The translations under genes were made by a program, and so were the position numbers. A stretch of DNA of 64,000 nucleotides. It comes from Escherichia coli. Its GTDB lineage: Bacteria > Pseudomonadota > Gammaproteobacteria > Enterobacterales > Enterobacteriaceae. The notes beneath the pieces were generated by a model that was not told where the DNA came from, did not search any database, and was given only the letters and a program-made list of their open reading frames with translations. The stretch lies in the NCBI RefSeq assembly GCF_050920415.1, contig NZ_CP169309.1, one strand, 5' to 3'. Below, piece by piece: positions 46,112-56,572 of the stretch; position 1 is the first letter of the stretch; every line of letters begins with the position of its first letter.

Positions 46112-46538
46112 TTTTCAACGGAATATCAGGCTGCGGCGTGCTGGGCTGATTCAGCATGTCGCCGTTTCTCCTCTCCGGCAACATATGCTGCTGATTCAAC
46201 GAACTATCCGGATTACGGTTGCTGTTTAACATCCCGCCGTTGGTGTTGGGCAGCATTTGCTGCCGGGCGGGATTTAGCTCCCCCGGCTGTGACTGCAATA
46301 CCCGCTGCGAGTTGCTATTAAGCTGATTTTCTAAATGCTGCTGTTGTAATTGCGTCTGAGTTTTCAGTTGCTGATTCAGCATCCCTTTTTGCTGGATTTG
46401 CTGCGTTTGCATTTGAGTTTGCATCCGCTGCTGGCTGGGGATCTGATACCCCGGCTGGTTAGGGTTGTTCAGAGTATTAATGGGCTGTGCAAAGCCGACA
46501 AAAGGCAGGAGTGCCGTCAAAAGCAGAAGTCGTTTCAT
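46098..46538 (-). CDS. yhhA: Gln-rich secreted protein YhhA (DUF2756)
   Basis: 146-aa ORF with signal peptide [17 protein letters not shown] and low-complexity Q-rich body; 3' end overlaps ugpQ 3' end by 14 nt. Confidence 0.75.
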   Translation of the reverse strand: MKRLLLLTALLPFVGFAQPINTLNNPNQPGYQIPSQQRMQTQMQTQQIQQKGMLNQQLKTQTQLQQQHLENQLNSNSQRVLQSQPGELNPARQQMLPNTNGGMLNSNRNPDSSLNQQHMLPERRNGDMLNQPSTPQPDIPLKTIGP

Positions 46539-46657
46539 CGCGTATCCTCCTCTGAAGATATTCTTTAAGTTTACTCCTTTCCTGCAATCATCAGGATTAA
46601 TTCAGAGTTATATACCAGGCTTAGCTGGGGTTGCCCCTTAATCTCTGGAGTATAACG

Positions 46658-48403
46658 ATGATAAAACCGACGTTTTTACGCCGGGTGGCTATTGCTGCTC
46701 TGCTCACAGGAAGTTGTTTTAGTGCTGTCGCCGCGCCACCTGCGCCGCCGCCAGTCTCGTATGGCGTGGAGGAGGATGTCTTCCATCCGGTACGCGCGAA
46801 GCAGGGGATGGTAGCATCTGTGGACGCCACTGCCACTCAGGTGGGGGTAGATATCCTTAAGCAGGGCGGGAATGCCGTTGATGCTGCCGTGGCAGTGGGC
46901 TACGCGCTGGCGGTAACACATCCGCAGGCAGGGAATCTGGGCGGCGGCGGTTTTATGCTGATCCGCACTAAAGATGGCAATACCACCGCCATCGATTTCC
47001 GCGAAATGGCACCCGCCAAAGCGACCCGCGATATGTTCCTTGATGATCAGGGCAACCCGGACAGCAAAAAATCTCTCACTTCGCATCTTGCTTCTGGCAC
47101 ACCCGGTACGGTAGCGGGCTTCTCGTTGGCGCTGGAGAAATACGGCACCATGCCGCTGAACAAAGTTGTGCAGCCTGCGTTTAAACTGGCACGCGATGGT
47201 TTTATCGTTAACGATGCGCTGGCAGACGATCTCAAAACCTACGGCAGTGAAGTGCTACCAAATCACGAAAACAGCAAAGCTATCTTCTGGAAAGAGGGCG
47301 AACCGCTGAAAAAGGGCGACAAGCTGGTACAGACGAATCTGGCAAAGAGCCTGGAGATGATTGCCGAAAACGGCCCGGATGAATTCTACAAAGGCACGAT
47401 AGCGGAACAGATCGCCCTGGAGATGCAGAAAAACGGTGGCTTGATCACTAAAGAAGATTTAGCGGCCTATAAAGCGGTCGAACGTACACCAATAAGTGGC
47501 GATTATCGCGGGTATCAGATTTACTCCATGCCACCGCCATCCTCCGGCGGGATCCATATCGTACAGATCCTCAATATTCTGGAAAACTTCGATATGCAGA
47601 AATACGGCTTTGGCAGCGCCGATGCGATGCAAATCATGGCAGAAGCGGAGAAATACGCCTACGCCGACCGCTCGGAATATCTTGGCGACCCGGATTTTGT
47701 CAAAGTACCGTGGCAGGCGCTGACCAATAAAGCCTATGCCAAATCTATTGCTGATCAAATCGATATCAATAAAGCGAAGCCATCCAGCGAAATTCGCCCC
47801 GGCAAGCTTGCGCCTTATGAGAGTAATCAAACTACCCATTACTCTGTAGTGGATAAAGACGGTAACGCGGTGGCGGTGACCTATACGCTGAACACCACCT
47901 TCGGTACGGGTATTGTCGCGGGTGAGAGCGGTATTCTGCTTAATAATCAGATGGATGATTTCTCCGCCAAACCGGGCGTACCGAACGTTTACGGGCTGGT
48001 GGGTGGTGATGCTAACGCTGTCGGGCCGAATAAACGCCCGCTGTCGTCGATGTCACCAACCATTGTGGTCAAGGATGGTAAAACCTGGCTGGTCACCGGA
48101 AGCCCAGGTGGTAGCCGGATTATCACCACTGTGCTGCAAATGGTGGTGAACAGCATCGATTATGGCATGAATGTCGCCGAAGCGACCAATGCGCCGCGTT
48201 TCCACCATCAGTGGTTGCCGGACGAGCTGCGTGTCGAGAAAGGATTTAGCCCGGATACGCTCAAGCTGCTGGAAGCAAAAGGTCAGAAAGTGGCGCTAAA
48301 AGAGGCGATGGGCAGTACACAAAGCATTATGGTTGGGCCGGACGGCGAATTGTATGGCGCTTCCGACCCACGTTCGGTAGATGATTTAACGGCGGGGTAT
48401 TAA
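46658..48403 (+). CDS. ggt: Gamma-glutamyltranspeptidase Ggt
   Basis: ATG with GGAG SD; signal peptide MIKPTFLRRVAIAALLTGSCFSAVAA; autoprocessing-site region ...NQTTHYSVVD. Confidence 0.95.
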   Translation: MIKPTFLRRVAIAALLTGSCFSAVAAPPAPPPVSYGVEEDVFHPVRAKQGMVASVDATATQVGVDILKQGGNAVDAAVAVGYALAVTHPQAGNLGGGGFMLIRTKDGNTTAIDFREMAPAKATRDMFLDDQGNPDSKKSLTSHLASGTPGTVAGFSLALEKYGTMPLNKVVQPAFKLARDGFIVNDALADDLKTYGSEVLPNHENSKAIFWKEGEPLKKGDKLVQTNLAKSLEMIAENGPDEFYKGTIAEQIALEMQKNGGLITKEDLAAYKAVERTPISGDYRGYQIYSMPPPSSGGIHIVQILNILENFDMQKYGFGSADAMQIMAEAEKYAYADRSEYLGDPDFVKVPWQALTNKAYAKSIADQIDINKAKPSSEIRPGKLAPYESNQTTHYSVVDKDGNAVAVTYTLNTTFGTGIVAGESGILLNNQMDDFSAKPGVPNVYGLVGGDANAVGPNKRPLSSMSPTIVVKDGKTWLVTGSPGGSRIITTVLQMVVNSIDYGMNVAEATNAPRFHHQWLPDELRVEKGFSPDTLKLLEAKGQKVALKEAMGSTQSIMVGPDGELYGASDPRSVDDLTAGY

Positions 48404-48410
48404 TATCTTA

Positions 48411-48438
48411 AGCCCTCTCCCGGTAGGTGAGGGCTTTT
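48411..48438. terminator. Terminator hairpin between convergent ggt and yhhY
   Basis: AGCCCTC-loop-GAGGGCT followed by TTTT. Confidence 0.6.
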
Positions 48439-48452
48439 AGATTACAAATTCT

Positions 48453-48941
48453 CTATTTCACCCGCGCCATATAATACGCATCGACATATTCGCCATTACG
48501 AAAAGCGTAATTTTTGCCGGTACCTTCTATGAGAAATCCGAATTTTTTATAGACTGCGATTGCCGGGGCGTTATCCGCAAACACCGTCAACTCAATACGA
48601 TCTATCCGTAACCAGTTGTCGCACATTTCAATCAATTCGCGGATCAGGGCGCTGGCGATGCCACGGTTGTGCCAGCGGGAGTCAACACAGATACCAAAAG
48701 TTGCAACATGACTGCGACGTGGGCCTTGATAAGCTTCCACGAAAAGATGACCCACCACGATACTATCAATGCAGGCAACCAGTTGTTTAAATCCCTGGCG
48801 ATCTTTCAATCTTTCTGGCCACCAGCCTTCCGAAGGATGAGGTAGTTGTAGCGTGTTGTAATACACCTCCGGCTGGGCGTGAATTTGCCTGATGGCCTCG
48901 TAATCCCGTGTTTCTGCGTGGCGTATTACTATCTCACTCAT
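48453..48941 (-). CDS. yhhY: GNAT family N-acetyltransferase YhhY (162 aa)
   Basis: Internal ATG giving MSEIVIRHAETRDYEAIRQIHAQ...; GNAT motif region QGPRRSHVATFGICVDSRWHNRGIASALI. Confidence 0.85.
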   Translation of the reverse strand: MSEIVIRHAETRDYEAIRQIHAQPEVYYNTLQLPHPSEGWWPERLKDRQGFKQLVACIDSIVVGHLFVEAYQGPRRSHVATFGICVDSRWHNRGIASALIRELIEMCDNWLRIDRIELTVFADNAPAIAVYKKFGFLIEGTGKNYAFRNGEYVDAYYMARVK

Positions 48942-49041
48942 TCCTTTGTCCTCTTTGGGGTAAATGTCCCTTTCAACATCATTGACTTTCAAATGCGAGT
49001 CAAATGCATTTTTTTGCAAAAAGTGTTGGACAAGTGCGAAT

Positions 49042-49060
49042 GAGAATGATTATTATTGTC
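49042..49060 (+). promoter_or_regulatory. Fur box in the ryhB promoter
   Basis: GAGAATGATTATTATTGTC matches the 19-bp Fur consensus GATAATGATAATCATTATC at 15/19 positions, ending 3 nt before the ryhB 5' end. Confidence 0.75.
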
Positions 49061-49062
49061 TC

Positions 49063-49152
49063 GCGATCAGGAAGACCCTCGCGGAGAACCTGAAAGCACG
49101 ACATTGCTCACATTGCTTCCAGTATTACTTAGCCAGCCGGGTGCTGGCTTTT
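49063..49152 (+). ncRNA. ryhB: Iron-responsive small RNA RyhB
   Basis: 90-nt sequence GCGATCAGGAAGACCCTCGCGGAGAACCTGAAAGCACGACATTGCTCACATTGCTTCCAGTATTACTTAGCCAGCCGGGTGCTGGCTTTT matches RyhB as recalled, with terminator hairpin and U-tail; lies between yhhY and yhhX as in K-12. Confidence 0.9.
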
Positions 49153-49274
49153 TTTTTGATCTTTCGTTTTCAATTTATCCACGGGAAGTGCTTGTGATCG
49201 TTATGCGCACTCCAGTAGGAACCACGTCCGCTTTGCGCTAAGGTGTAAATAATCACCTTAAAAAGGACGAAATC

Positions 49275-50312
49275 ATGGTCATCAACTGCGCCTTTATTGG
49301 CTTCGGCAAAAGCACCACCCGTTACCATCTGCCGTATGTACTTAACCGCAAGGATAGCTGGCATGTCGCGCATATTTTTCGCCGCCATGCGAAGCCGGAA
49401 GAACAGGCCCCCATTTACTCTCATATCCATTTCACCAGCGATCTCGACGAAGTACTAAACGATCCCGATGTTAAGCTGGTTGTTGTCTGCACCCATGCGG
49501 ACAGCCACTTCGAGTACGCGAAGCGCGCGCTGGAGGCTGGGAAAAATGTGCTGGTCGAAAAACCGTTTACTCCGACGCTTGCCCAGGCGAAAGAACTTTT
49601 TGCGCTGGCGAAAAGTAAAGGGCTGACCGTCACGCCGTATCAGAATCGTCGCTTTGATTCCTGTTTTCTGACGGCGAAAAAAGCGATTGAAAGCGGCAAG
49701 CTGGGAGAGATTGTTGAAGTGGAAAGCCATTTTGACTATTACCGCCCAGTGGCAGAAACCAAACCTGGACTGCCGCAGGATGGCGCGTTCTATGGCCTTG
49801 GTGTGCATACGATGGACCAGATTATCTCGCTGTTCGGTCGCCCGGATCACGTCGCTTATGACATCCGCAGCCTGCGTAATAAAGCCAATCCTGACGACAC
49901 CTTTGAAGCGCAGCTATTTTATGGCGATCTAAAAGCCATCGTCAAAACCAGCCATCTGGTGAAAATCGATTATCCGAAATTTATCGTTCATGGGAAGAAA
50001 GGTTCGTTTATTAAATACGGTATCGACCAGCAGGAAACCAGCCTGAAGGCTAACATTATGCCCGGCGAACCGGGATTCGCGGCGGATGATTCGGTCGGTG
50101 TGCTGGAGTATGTCAATGACGAGGGCGTGACGGTCAGAGAAGAGATGAAGCCAGAGATGGGCGATTACGGACGCGTTTATGATGCGTTGTACCAAACCAT
50201 CACCAGCGGGGCGCCAAATTACGTCAAGGAATCTGAAGTTCTTACCAATCTGGAAATCCTTGAACGCGGTTTTGAGCAAGCCTCTCCCTCCACAGTGACT
50301 CTTGCGAAGTAA
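49275..50312 (+). CDS. yhhX: Gfo/Idh/MocA-family NAD(P)-dependent oxidoreductase YhhX
   Basis: 345-aa ORF with N-terminal Rossmann-type segment (MVINCAFIGFGKSTTRYHLP). Confidence 0.9.
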   Translation: MVINCAFIGFGKSTTRYHLPYVLNRKDSWHVAHIFRRHAKPEEQAPIYSHIHFTSDLDEVLNDPDVKLVVVCTHADSHFEYAKRALEAGKNVLVEKPFTPTLAQAKELFALAKSKGLTVTPYQNRRFDSCFLTAKKAIESGKLGEIVEVESHFDYYRPVAETKPGLPQDGAFYGLGVHTMDQIISLFGRPDHVAYDIRSLRNKANPDDTFEAQLFYGDLKAIVKTSHLVKIDYPKFIVHGKKGSFIKYGIDQQETSLKANIMPGEPGFAADDSVGVLEYVNDEGVTVREEMKPEMGDYGRVYDALYQTITSGAPNYVKESEVLTNLEILERGFEQASPSTVTLAK

Positions 50313-50434
50313 GTTTGATGACCTCTCGAATAGTTCAATTTTTTTGAACAGAGGGGTCAATTTTCACCCTCTATCATCCCAGGCGGATCGGGTCCACACT
50401 AAGCCCATCGAAATCATTCAGGGGGCGAATACAA

Positions 50435-51130
50435 ATGATCTACTTACGCAAAGCAAATGAACGTGGTCATGCAAATCATGGCTGGCTGGACTCCTGGCAT
50501 ACTTTCTCTTTTGCCAACTATTACGACCCGAACTTTATGGGCTTCTCCGCGCTGCGCGTGATTAACGACGACGTGATTGAAGCAGGGCAGGGCTTCGGCA
50601 CTCACCCGCATAAAGATATGGAAATTTTGACCTACGTGCTGGAAGGTACTGTTGAGCATCAGGACAGCATGGGCAATAAAGAGCAGGTTCCGGCGGGCGA
50701 GTTCCAGATTATGAGTGCGGGTACGGGTATTCGTCACTCAGAGTACAACCCAAGCAGCACCGAGCGTCTGCATCTGTATCAGATCTGGATCATGCCAGAA
50801 GAAAACGGTATTACGCCGCGTTATGAACAGCGTCGCTTTGATGCCGTACAGGGCAAACAACTGGTGCTCTCGCCGGATGCGCGTGATGGTTCATTGAAAG
50901 TGTATCAGGATATGGAACTGTACCGCTGGGCGCTGGTAAAAGATGAGCAGTCGGTGCATCAGATTGCCGCTGAACGCCGCGTCTGGATTCAGGTAGTGAA
51001 AGGTAATGTCACCATTAACGGCGTAAAAGCTTCGACCAGCGATGGTCTGGCAATCTGGGATGAGCAGGCAATCTCCATCCACGCTGACAGCGACAGCGAA
51101 GTGTTACTGTTCGATCTGCCTCCGGTTTAA
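50435..51130 (+). CDS. yhhW: Pirin-like quercetin 2,3-dioxygenase YhhW
   Basis: 231-aa cupin ORF with His-rich metal site region (GFGTHPHKDMEILTYVLEG). Confidence 0.9.
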   Translation: MIYLRKANERGHANHGWLDSWHTFSFANYYDPNFMGFSALRVINDDVIEAGQGFGTHPHKDMEILTYVLEGTVEHQDSMGNKEQVPAGEFQIMSAGTGIRHSEYNPSSTERLHLYQIWIMPEENGITPRYEQRRFDAVQGKQLVLSPDARDGSLKVYQDMELYRWALVKDEQSVHQIAAERRVWIQVVKGNVTINGVKASTSDGLAIWDEQAISIHADSDSEVLLFDLPPV

Positions 51131-51179
51131 AACTTAACGGCATTTTTGAAGCCTGCCTTTTTGCGGGCTTCATCGCTCG

Positions 51180-51215
51180 CCCCGGTCGCGTGCTGATGTA
51201 CGCGACCGGGGTTTT
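51180..51215 (+). terminator. yhhW intrinsic terminator
   Basis: 11-bp stem CCCCGGTCGCG/CGCGACCGGGG followed by TTTTG. Confidence 0.7.
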
Positions 51216-51353
51216 GTCGCGTCTTTAGCACAATGCGATGCAATTGATTTAGTGTATATCTAATAATTATAAACAAGCACTGTTTTCTCCGGGAAGGTTC
51301 TGATGCGTCCGTGTTAAACTAAGAGAATCTATCTCTTTTGTACCTTCAGGACG

Positions 51354-52349
51354 ATGAAAAAGAAAAGACCCGTACTTCAGGATGTGGCTGACCGTGTTGG
51401 CGTGACCAAAATGACGGTCAGCCGTTTTTTACGCAACCCGGAGCAGGTTTCCGTCGCTCTACGTGGCAAGATTGCCGCCGCTCTTGATGAACTGGGTTAT
51501 ATTCCCAATCGCGCACCCGATATCCTCTCTAACGCCACCAGCCGGGCGATTGGAGTCCTGTTACCTTCACTCACCAACCAGGTTTTCGCTGAAGTATTAC
51601 GCGGTATCGAAAGCGTCACGGACGCACACGGTTATCAGACGATGCTGGCGCACTACGGTTATAAACCGGAAATGGAGCAAGAACGCCTCGAATCAATGCT
51701 TTCCTGGAATATCGACGGACTTATTCTCACCGAACGTACCCACACGCCCCGCACCTTAAAGATGATTGAAGTAGCGGGTATTCCGGTGGTGGAGCTGATG
51801 GACAGTAAGTCGCCGTGCCTCGATATCGCCGTCGGTTTTGATAACTTTGAAGCGGCACGCCAGATGACCACCGCCATTATTGCTCGCGGGCATTGTCACA
51901 TTGCCTATCTCGGCGCACGCCTCGACGAACGTACTATCATCAAACAGAAGGGATATGAGCAGGCGATGCTGGATGCAGGCCTGGTGCCGTATAGCGTGAT
52001 GGTCGAGCAATCTTCTTCTTACTCTTCCGGTATTGAACTGATTCGCCAGGCGCGGCGGGAATATCCGCAGTTGGATGGCGTATTTTGTACTAATGATGAC
52101 CTGGCGGTCGGCGCGGCGTTTGAATGTCAGCGTCTGGGGCTGAAAGTTCCTGACGATATGGCGATTGCCGGTTTCCACGGTCATGACATTGGTCAGGTGA
52201 TGGAGCCACGGCTGGCGAGCGTGCTGACGCCGCGTGAGCGGATGGGCAGCATTGGCGCTGAGCGCCTGCTGGCGCGTATTCGTGGCGAATCTGTGACACC
52301 GAAAATGTTAGATTTAGGTTTCACCTTGTCACCGGGCGGATCTATTTAA
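51354..52349 (+). CDS. gntR: LacI-family gluconate repressor GntR
   Basis: 331-aa ORF with N-terminal HTH (LQDVADRVGVTKMTVSRFLRN). Confidence 0.95.
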   Translation: MKKKRPVLQDVADRVGVTKMTVSRFLRNPEQVSVALRGKIAAALDELGYIPNRAPDILSNATSRAIGVLLPSLTNQVFAEVLRGIESVTDAHGYQTMLAHYGYKPEMEQERLESMLSWNIDGLILTERTHTPRTLKMIEVAGIPVVELMDSKSPCLDIAVGFDNFEAARQMTTAIIARGHCHIAYLGARLDERTIIKQKGYEQAMLDAGLVPYSVMVEQSSSYSSGIELIRQARREYPQLDGVFCTNDDLAVGAAFECQRLGLKVPDDMAIAGFHGHDIGQVMEPRLASVLTPRERMGSIGAERLLARIRGESVTPKMLDLGFTLSPGGSI

Positions 52350-52427
52350 GCTCACAAATTTGAAGTAGCTCACACTTATACACTTAAGGCACGGATGGAT
52401 ATTGCTTCTGTTTTTGTCCGGCTGGAC

Positions 52428-52458
52428 AATGTTACCGATAACAGTTACCCGTAACATT
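52428..52458 (+). promoter_or_regulatory. Two overlapping GntR operator sites in the gntKU promoter
   Basis: AATGTTACCGATAACAGTTACCCGTAACATT contains two imperfect ATGTTAC/GTAACAT-type palindromes ~30 bp upstream of gntK. Confidence 0.65.
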
Positions 52459-52488
52459 TTCTGATTCTTGTATTGTGGGGGCACCACT

Positions 52489-53016
52489 TTGAGCACGACT
52501 AACCATGATCACCACATTTACGTCTTGATGGGCGTATCGGGCAGCGGCAAATCTGCAGTCGCCAGTGAAGTGGCGCATCAACTTCATGCCGCGTTTCTTG
52601 ATGGCGATTTCCTCCATCCGCGCTGCAATATCGAAAAAATGGCGTCTGGCGAACCGCTGAACGACGACGATCGCAAACCATGGTTACAGGCGCTTAACGA
52701 CGCCGCGTTTGCCATGCAGCGCACCAATAAAGTGTCGCTGATCGTCTGTTCTGCACTGAAAAAGCACTATCGCGACCTGCTGCGTGAAGGTAATCCGAAT
52801 CTCTCTTTCATCTACCTGAAAGGCGATTTTGATGTAATTGAAAGCCGTCTGAAAGCGCGCAAAGGCCATTTCTTTAAAACCCAAATGCTGGTGACGCAGT
52901 TTGAAACGCTGCAGGAGCCGGGTGCGGACGAAACCGATGTACTGGTGGTGGATATCGATCAACCGCTGGAAGGTGTTGTGGCAAGCACCATTGAGGTTAT
53001 TAATAAAGGCAAATAA
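52489..53016 (+). CDS. gntK: Thermoresistant gluconokinase GntK (175 aa, TTG start)
   Basis: TTG start giving MSTTNHDHHIYVLMGVSGSGKSAVAS (P-loop). Confidence 0.85.
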   Translation: MSTTNHDHHIYVLMGVSGSGKSAVASEVAHQLHAAFLDGDFLHPRCNIEKMASGEPLNDDDRKPWLQALNDAAFAMQRTNKVSLIVCSALKKHYRDLLREGNPNLSFIYLKGDFDVIESRLKARKGHFFKTQMLVTQFETLQEPGADETDVLVVDIDQPLEGVVASTIEVINKGK

Positions 53017-53019
53017 GTA

Positions 53020-54354
53020 GTGACTACATTAACGCTTGTTTTAACAGCAGTAGGGTCTGTTTTACTGCTGCTGTTTTTAGTCATGAAGGCGCGTATGCAC
53101 GCTTTCCTGGCTTTGATGGTGGTGTCTATGGGGGCTGGCCTTTTTTCCGGTATGCCGCTCGATAAAATCGCAGCGACGATGGAAAAAGGGATGGGAGGCA
53201 CCCTCGGCTTCCTGGCGGTAGTTGTCGCCCTGGGAGCCATGTTTGGCAAGATCTTACATGAAACCGGCGCAGTCGATCAGATTGCCGTCAAAATGCTCAA
53301 ATCCTTCGGTCACAGTCGTGCGCATTATGCCATTGGCCTTGCGGGTCTGGTCTGTGCGCTACCGCTGTTCTTTGGAGTGGCGATTGTTCTGCTGATTAGC
53401 GTTGCTTTCTCAATGGCGCGCCACACCGGTACGAACCTGGTGAAACTGGTAATCCCATTATTCGCAGGCGTGGCGGCAGCGGCGGCGTTCCTGGTGCCGG
53501 GGCCTGCGCCAATGCTATTGGCATCGCAGATGAACGCTGACTTTGGCTGGATGATCCTGATTGGCCTGTGTGCGGCAATCCCGGGAATGATTATTGCCGG
53601 GCCGCTGTGGGGTAATTTCATCAGCCGCTACGTGGAGCTGCATATTCCTGACGATATCAGCGAACCGCATCTCGGCGAAGGCAAAATGCCGTCCTTCGGA
53701 TTCAGCCTGTCGCTGATCCTGCTGCCGCTGGTGGGGCTGAAAACCATTGCCGCGCGTTTTGTGCCGGAAGGCTCTACCGCTTACGAATGGTTCGAGTTTA
53801 TCGGTCATCCGTTTACCGCAATTCTGGTCGCTTGCCTGGTAGCAATTTACGGCCTGGCGATGCGTCAGGGTATGCCGAAAGACAAAGTGATGGAGATTTG
53901 CGGTCACGCGCTGCAACCGGCGGGGATTATTCTGCTGGTGATTGGTGCAGGCGGCGTGTTCAAACAGGTGCTGGTTGACTCTGGCGTAGGTCCGGCGCTG
54001 GGCGAAGCGTTAACCGGCATGGGCCTGCCGATTGCCATCACCTGCTTCGTGCTGGCAGCTGCAGTGCGCATCATTCAGGGTTCTGCCACCGTTGCCTGTT
54101 TAACGGCGGTAGGACTGGTGATGCCGGTTATTGAACAACTGAACTACTCCGGTGCGCAAATGGCGGCGCTGTCGATTTGTATCGCCGGTGGTTCGATTGT
54201 TGTCAGCCACGTTAACGACGCCGGTTTCTGGTTGTTCGGTAAATTTACCGGCGCGACCGAAGCCGAAACGCTGAAAACCTGGACCATGATGGAAACCATC
54301 CTCGGCACCGTTGGTGCCATCGTCGGGATGATTGCGTTCCAGCTGTTGAGTTAA
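53020..54354 (+). CDS. gntU: Low-affinity gluconate transporter GntU (GntP family)
   Basis: GTG start 3 nt after gntK stop; 444-aa hydrophobic ORF. Confidence 0.9.
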   Translation: MTTLTLVLTAVGSVLLLLFLVMKARMHAFLALMVVSMGAGLFSGMPLDKIAATMEKGMGGTLGFLAVVVALGAMFGKILHETGAVDQIAVKMLKSFGHSRAHYAIGLAGLVCALPLFFGVAIVLLISVAFSMARHTGTNLVKLVIPLFAGVAAAAAFLVPGPAPMLLASQMNADFGWMILIGLCAAIPGMIIAGPLWGNFISRYVELHIPDDISEPHLGEGKMPSFGFSLSLILLPLVGLKTIAARFVPEGSTAYEWFEFIGHPFTAILVACLVAIYGLAMRQGMPKDKVMEICGHALQPAGIILLVIGAGGVFKQVLVDSGVGPALGEALTGMGLPIAITCFVLAAAVRIIQGSATVACLTAVGLVMPVIEQLNYSGAQMAALSICIAGGSIVVSHVNDAGFWLFGKFTGATEAETLKTWTMMETILGTVGAIVGMIAFQLLS

Positions 54355-54362
54355 GTTTGTTC

Positions 54363-54394
54363 GCCCGGTAGTTGTGACGCTACCGGGCTCTTTT
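54363..54394. terminator. Terminator hairpin between convergent gntU and yhgN
   Basis: GCCCGGTAG-loop-CTACCGGGC followed by TCTTTT. Confidence 0.65.
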
Positions 54395-54410
54395 CGAAAA
54401 ACTCTCCTCG

Positions 54411-55004
54411 TTACCCCTTCATCCACATTCGAATGCCGTCAAGGAACATCTGAGTTGCCATCATCACCAGAATCAATCCCATCAGGCGTTCAAGTGCATT
54501 CACCCCTTTCTCGCCCAGCAGACGTAAAAATAGCGAAGACTGTAGCAGGATGACAAAGGTGCCACCCCAGGCCAGCAGCAGAGCAATTACCAGATGTCCC
54601 ATCTGATTCGGGTACTGATGAGACAGCAACATCAGCGTGGCGAGAATAGTCGGCCCGGCGACTAACGGAATTGCCAACGGCACGATAAACGGCTCTTCAC
54701 CTGCCGGAAGCCCGCTGCTATTTCCTGAAGCACTGGGGAAAATCATCTTAATGGCGATCAGAAACAGAATGATGCCGCCAGAAATGGAGACGGTTTCTGC
54801 CCGCAGGCTAAGAAATGCCAGAATTTTCTCACCCGCAAACAGGAACACCAGCATCACCAGGAGAGCAATAAGCAACTCTCGCACCATGATTGCCCGCCGT
54901 CTTTTCGGTTCAGTATGTTTCAGTACGGACATGAAAATAGGTAGGTTTCCGAGCGGATCCATAATCAGGATCAATAAAACTGCTGCAGAAATGATTTCAT
55001 TCAT
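54411..55004 (-). CDS. yhgN: MarC-family inner membrane protein YhgN
   Basis: 197-aa hydrophobic ORF, synteny next to asd. Confidence 0.85.
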   Translation of the reverse strand: MNEIISAAVLLILIMDPLGNLPIFMSVLKHTEPKRRRAIMVRELLIALLVMLVFLFAGEKILAFLSLRAETVSISGGIILFLIAIKMIFPSASGNSSGLPAGEEPFIVPLAIPLVAGPTILATLMLLSHQYPNQMGHLVIALLLAWGGTFVILLQSSLFLRLLGEKGVNALERLMGLILVMMATQMFLDGIRMWMKG

Positions 55005-55196
55005 AACTCAAATTCCCTGATAATTGCCGCGGACTTTCTGCGTGCTAACAAAGCAGGATAAGTCGCATTACTGATGGCTTCGCTATCATTGATTAATTTC
55101 ACTTGCGACTTTGGCTGCTTTTTGTATGGTGAAAGATGTGCCACGAGGAGACCGGCACATTTATACAGCACACATCTTTGCAGGAAAAAAACGCTT

Positions 55197-56300
55197 ATGA
55201 AAAATGTTGGTTTTATCGGCTGGCGCGGTATGGTCGGCTCCGTTCTCATGCAACGCATGGTTGAAGAGCGCGACTTCGACGCCATTCGCCCTGTCTTCTT
55301 TTCTACTTCTCAGCTTGGTCAGGCTGCGCCGTCTTTTGGCGGAACCACTGACACACTTCAGGATGCCTTTGATCTGGAGGCGCTAAAGGCCCTCGATATC
55401 ATTGTGACCTGTCAGGGCGGCGATTATACCAACGAAATCTATCCAAAGCTTCGTGAAAGCGGATGGCAAGGTTACTGGATTGACGCAGCATCATCTCTGC
55501 GCATGAAAGATGACGCCATCATCATTCTTGACCCCGTCAATCAGGACGTCATTACCGACGGATTAAATAATGGCATCAGGACTTTTGTTGGCGGTAACTG
55601 TACCGTAAGCCTGATGTTGATGTCGTTGGGTGGTTTATTCGCCAATGATCTTGTTGATTGGGTGTCCGTTGCAACCTACCAGGCCGCTTCCGGCGGTGGT
55701 GCGCGACATATGCGTGAGTTATTAACCCAGATGGGCCATCTGTATGGCCATGTGGCAGATGAACTCGCGACCCCGTCCTCTGCTATTCTCGATATCGAAC
55801 GCAAAGTCACAACTTTAACCCGTAGCGGTGAGCTGCCGGTGGATAACTTTGGCGTGCCGCTGGCAGGAAGTCTGATTCCGTGGATCGACAAACAGCTCGA
55901 TAACGGTCAGAGCCGCGAAGAATGGAAAGGGCAGGCGGAAACTAACAAGATCCTCAACACATCTTCCGTAATTCCGGTAGATGGTTTATGTGTGCGTGTC
56001 GGGGCATTGCGCTGCCACAGCCAGGCATTCACTATTAAATTGAAAAAAGATGTGTCTATTCCGACCGTGGAAGAACTGCTGGCTGCGCACAACCCGTGGG
56101 CGAAAGTCGTTCCGAACGATCGGGAAATCACTATGCGTGAGCTAACCCCAGCTGCCGTTACCGGCACGCTGACCACGCCGGTAGGCCGCCTGCGTAAGCT
56201 GAATATGGGACCGGAGTTCCTGTCAGCCTTTACCGTGGGCGACCAGCTGCTGTGGGGGGCCGCGGAGCCGCTGCGTCGGATGCTTCGTCAACTGGCGTAA
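55197..56300 (+). CDS. asd: Aspartate-semialdehyde dehydrogenase Asd (367 aa)
   Basis: [28 protein letters not shown]...; ORF is open upstream to 55074. Confidence 0.95.
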
Positions 56301-56572
56301 TCTTTATTCATTAAATCTGGGGCGCGTTGCCGCCCCTGTTAGTGCGTAATACAGGAGTAAGCGCAGATGTTTCATGATTTACCGGGAGTTAAATAGAGCA
56401 TTGGCTATTCTTTAAGGGTGGCGGAATACAAGAGTATTTACAGCCTTACCTGAAGTGAGGACGACGCAGAGAGGATGCACAGAGTGCTGCGCCGTTCAGG
56501 TCAAAAAAATGTCACAACCAGAAGTCAAAAATCCAGTTGGATGGGGTGACACAATAAAACAGGAAGACAAGC

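Noticed and set aside
49056-49241. 61-aa plus-strand ORF between yhhY and yhhX
   Set aside because: It overlaps the RyhB sRNA and its terminator; the region is explained by the ncRNA.
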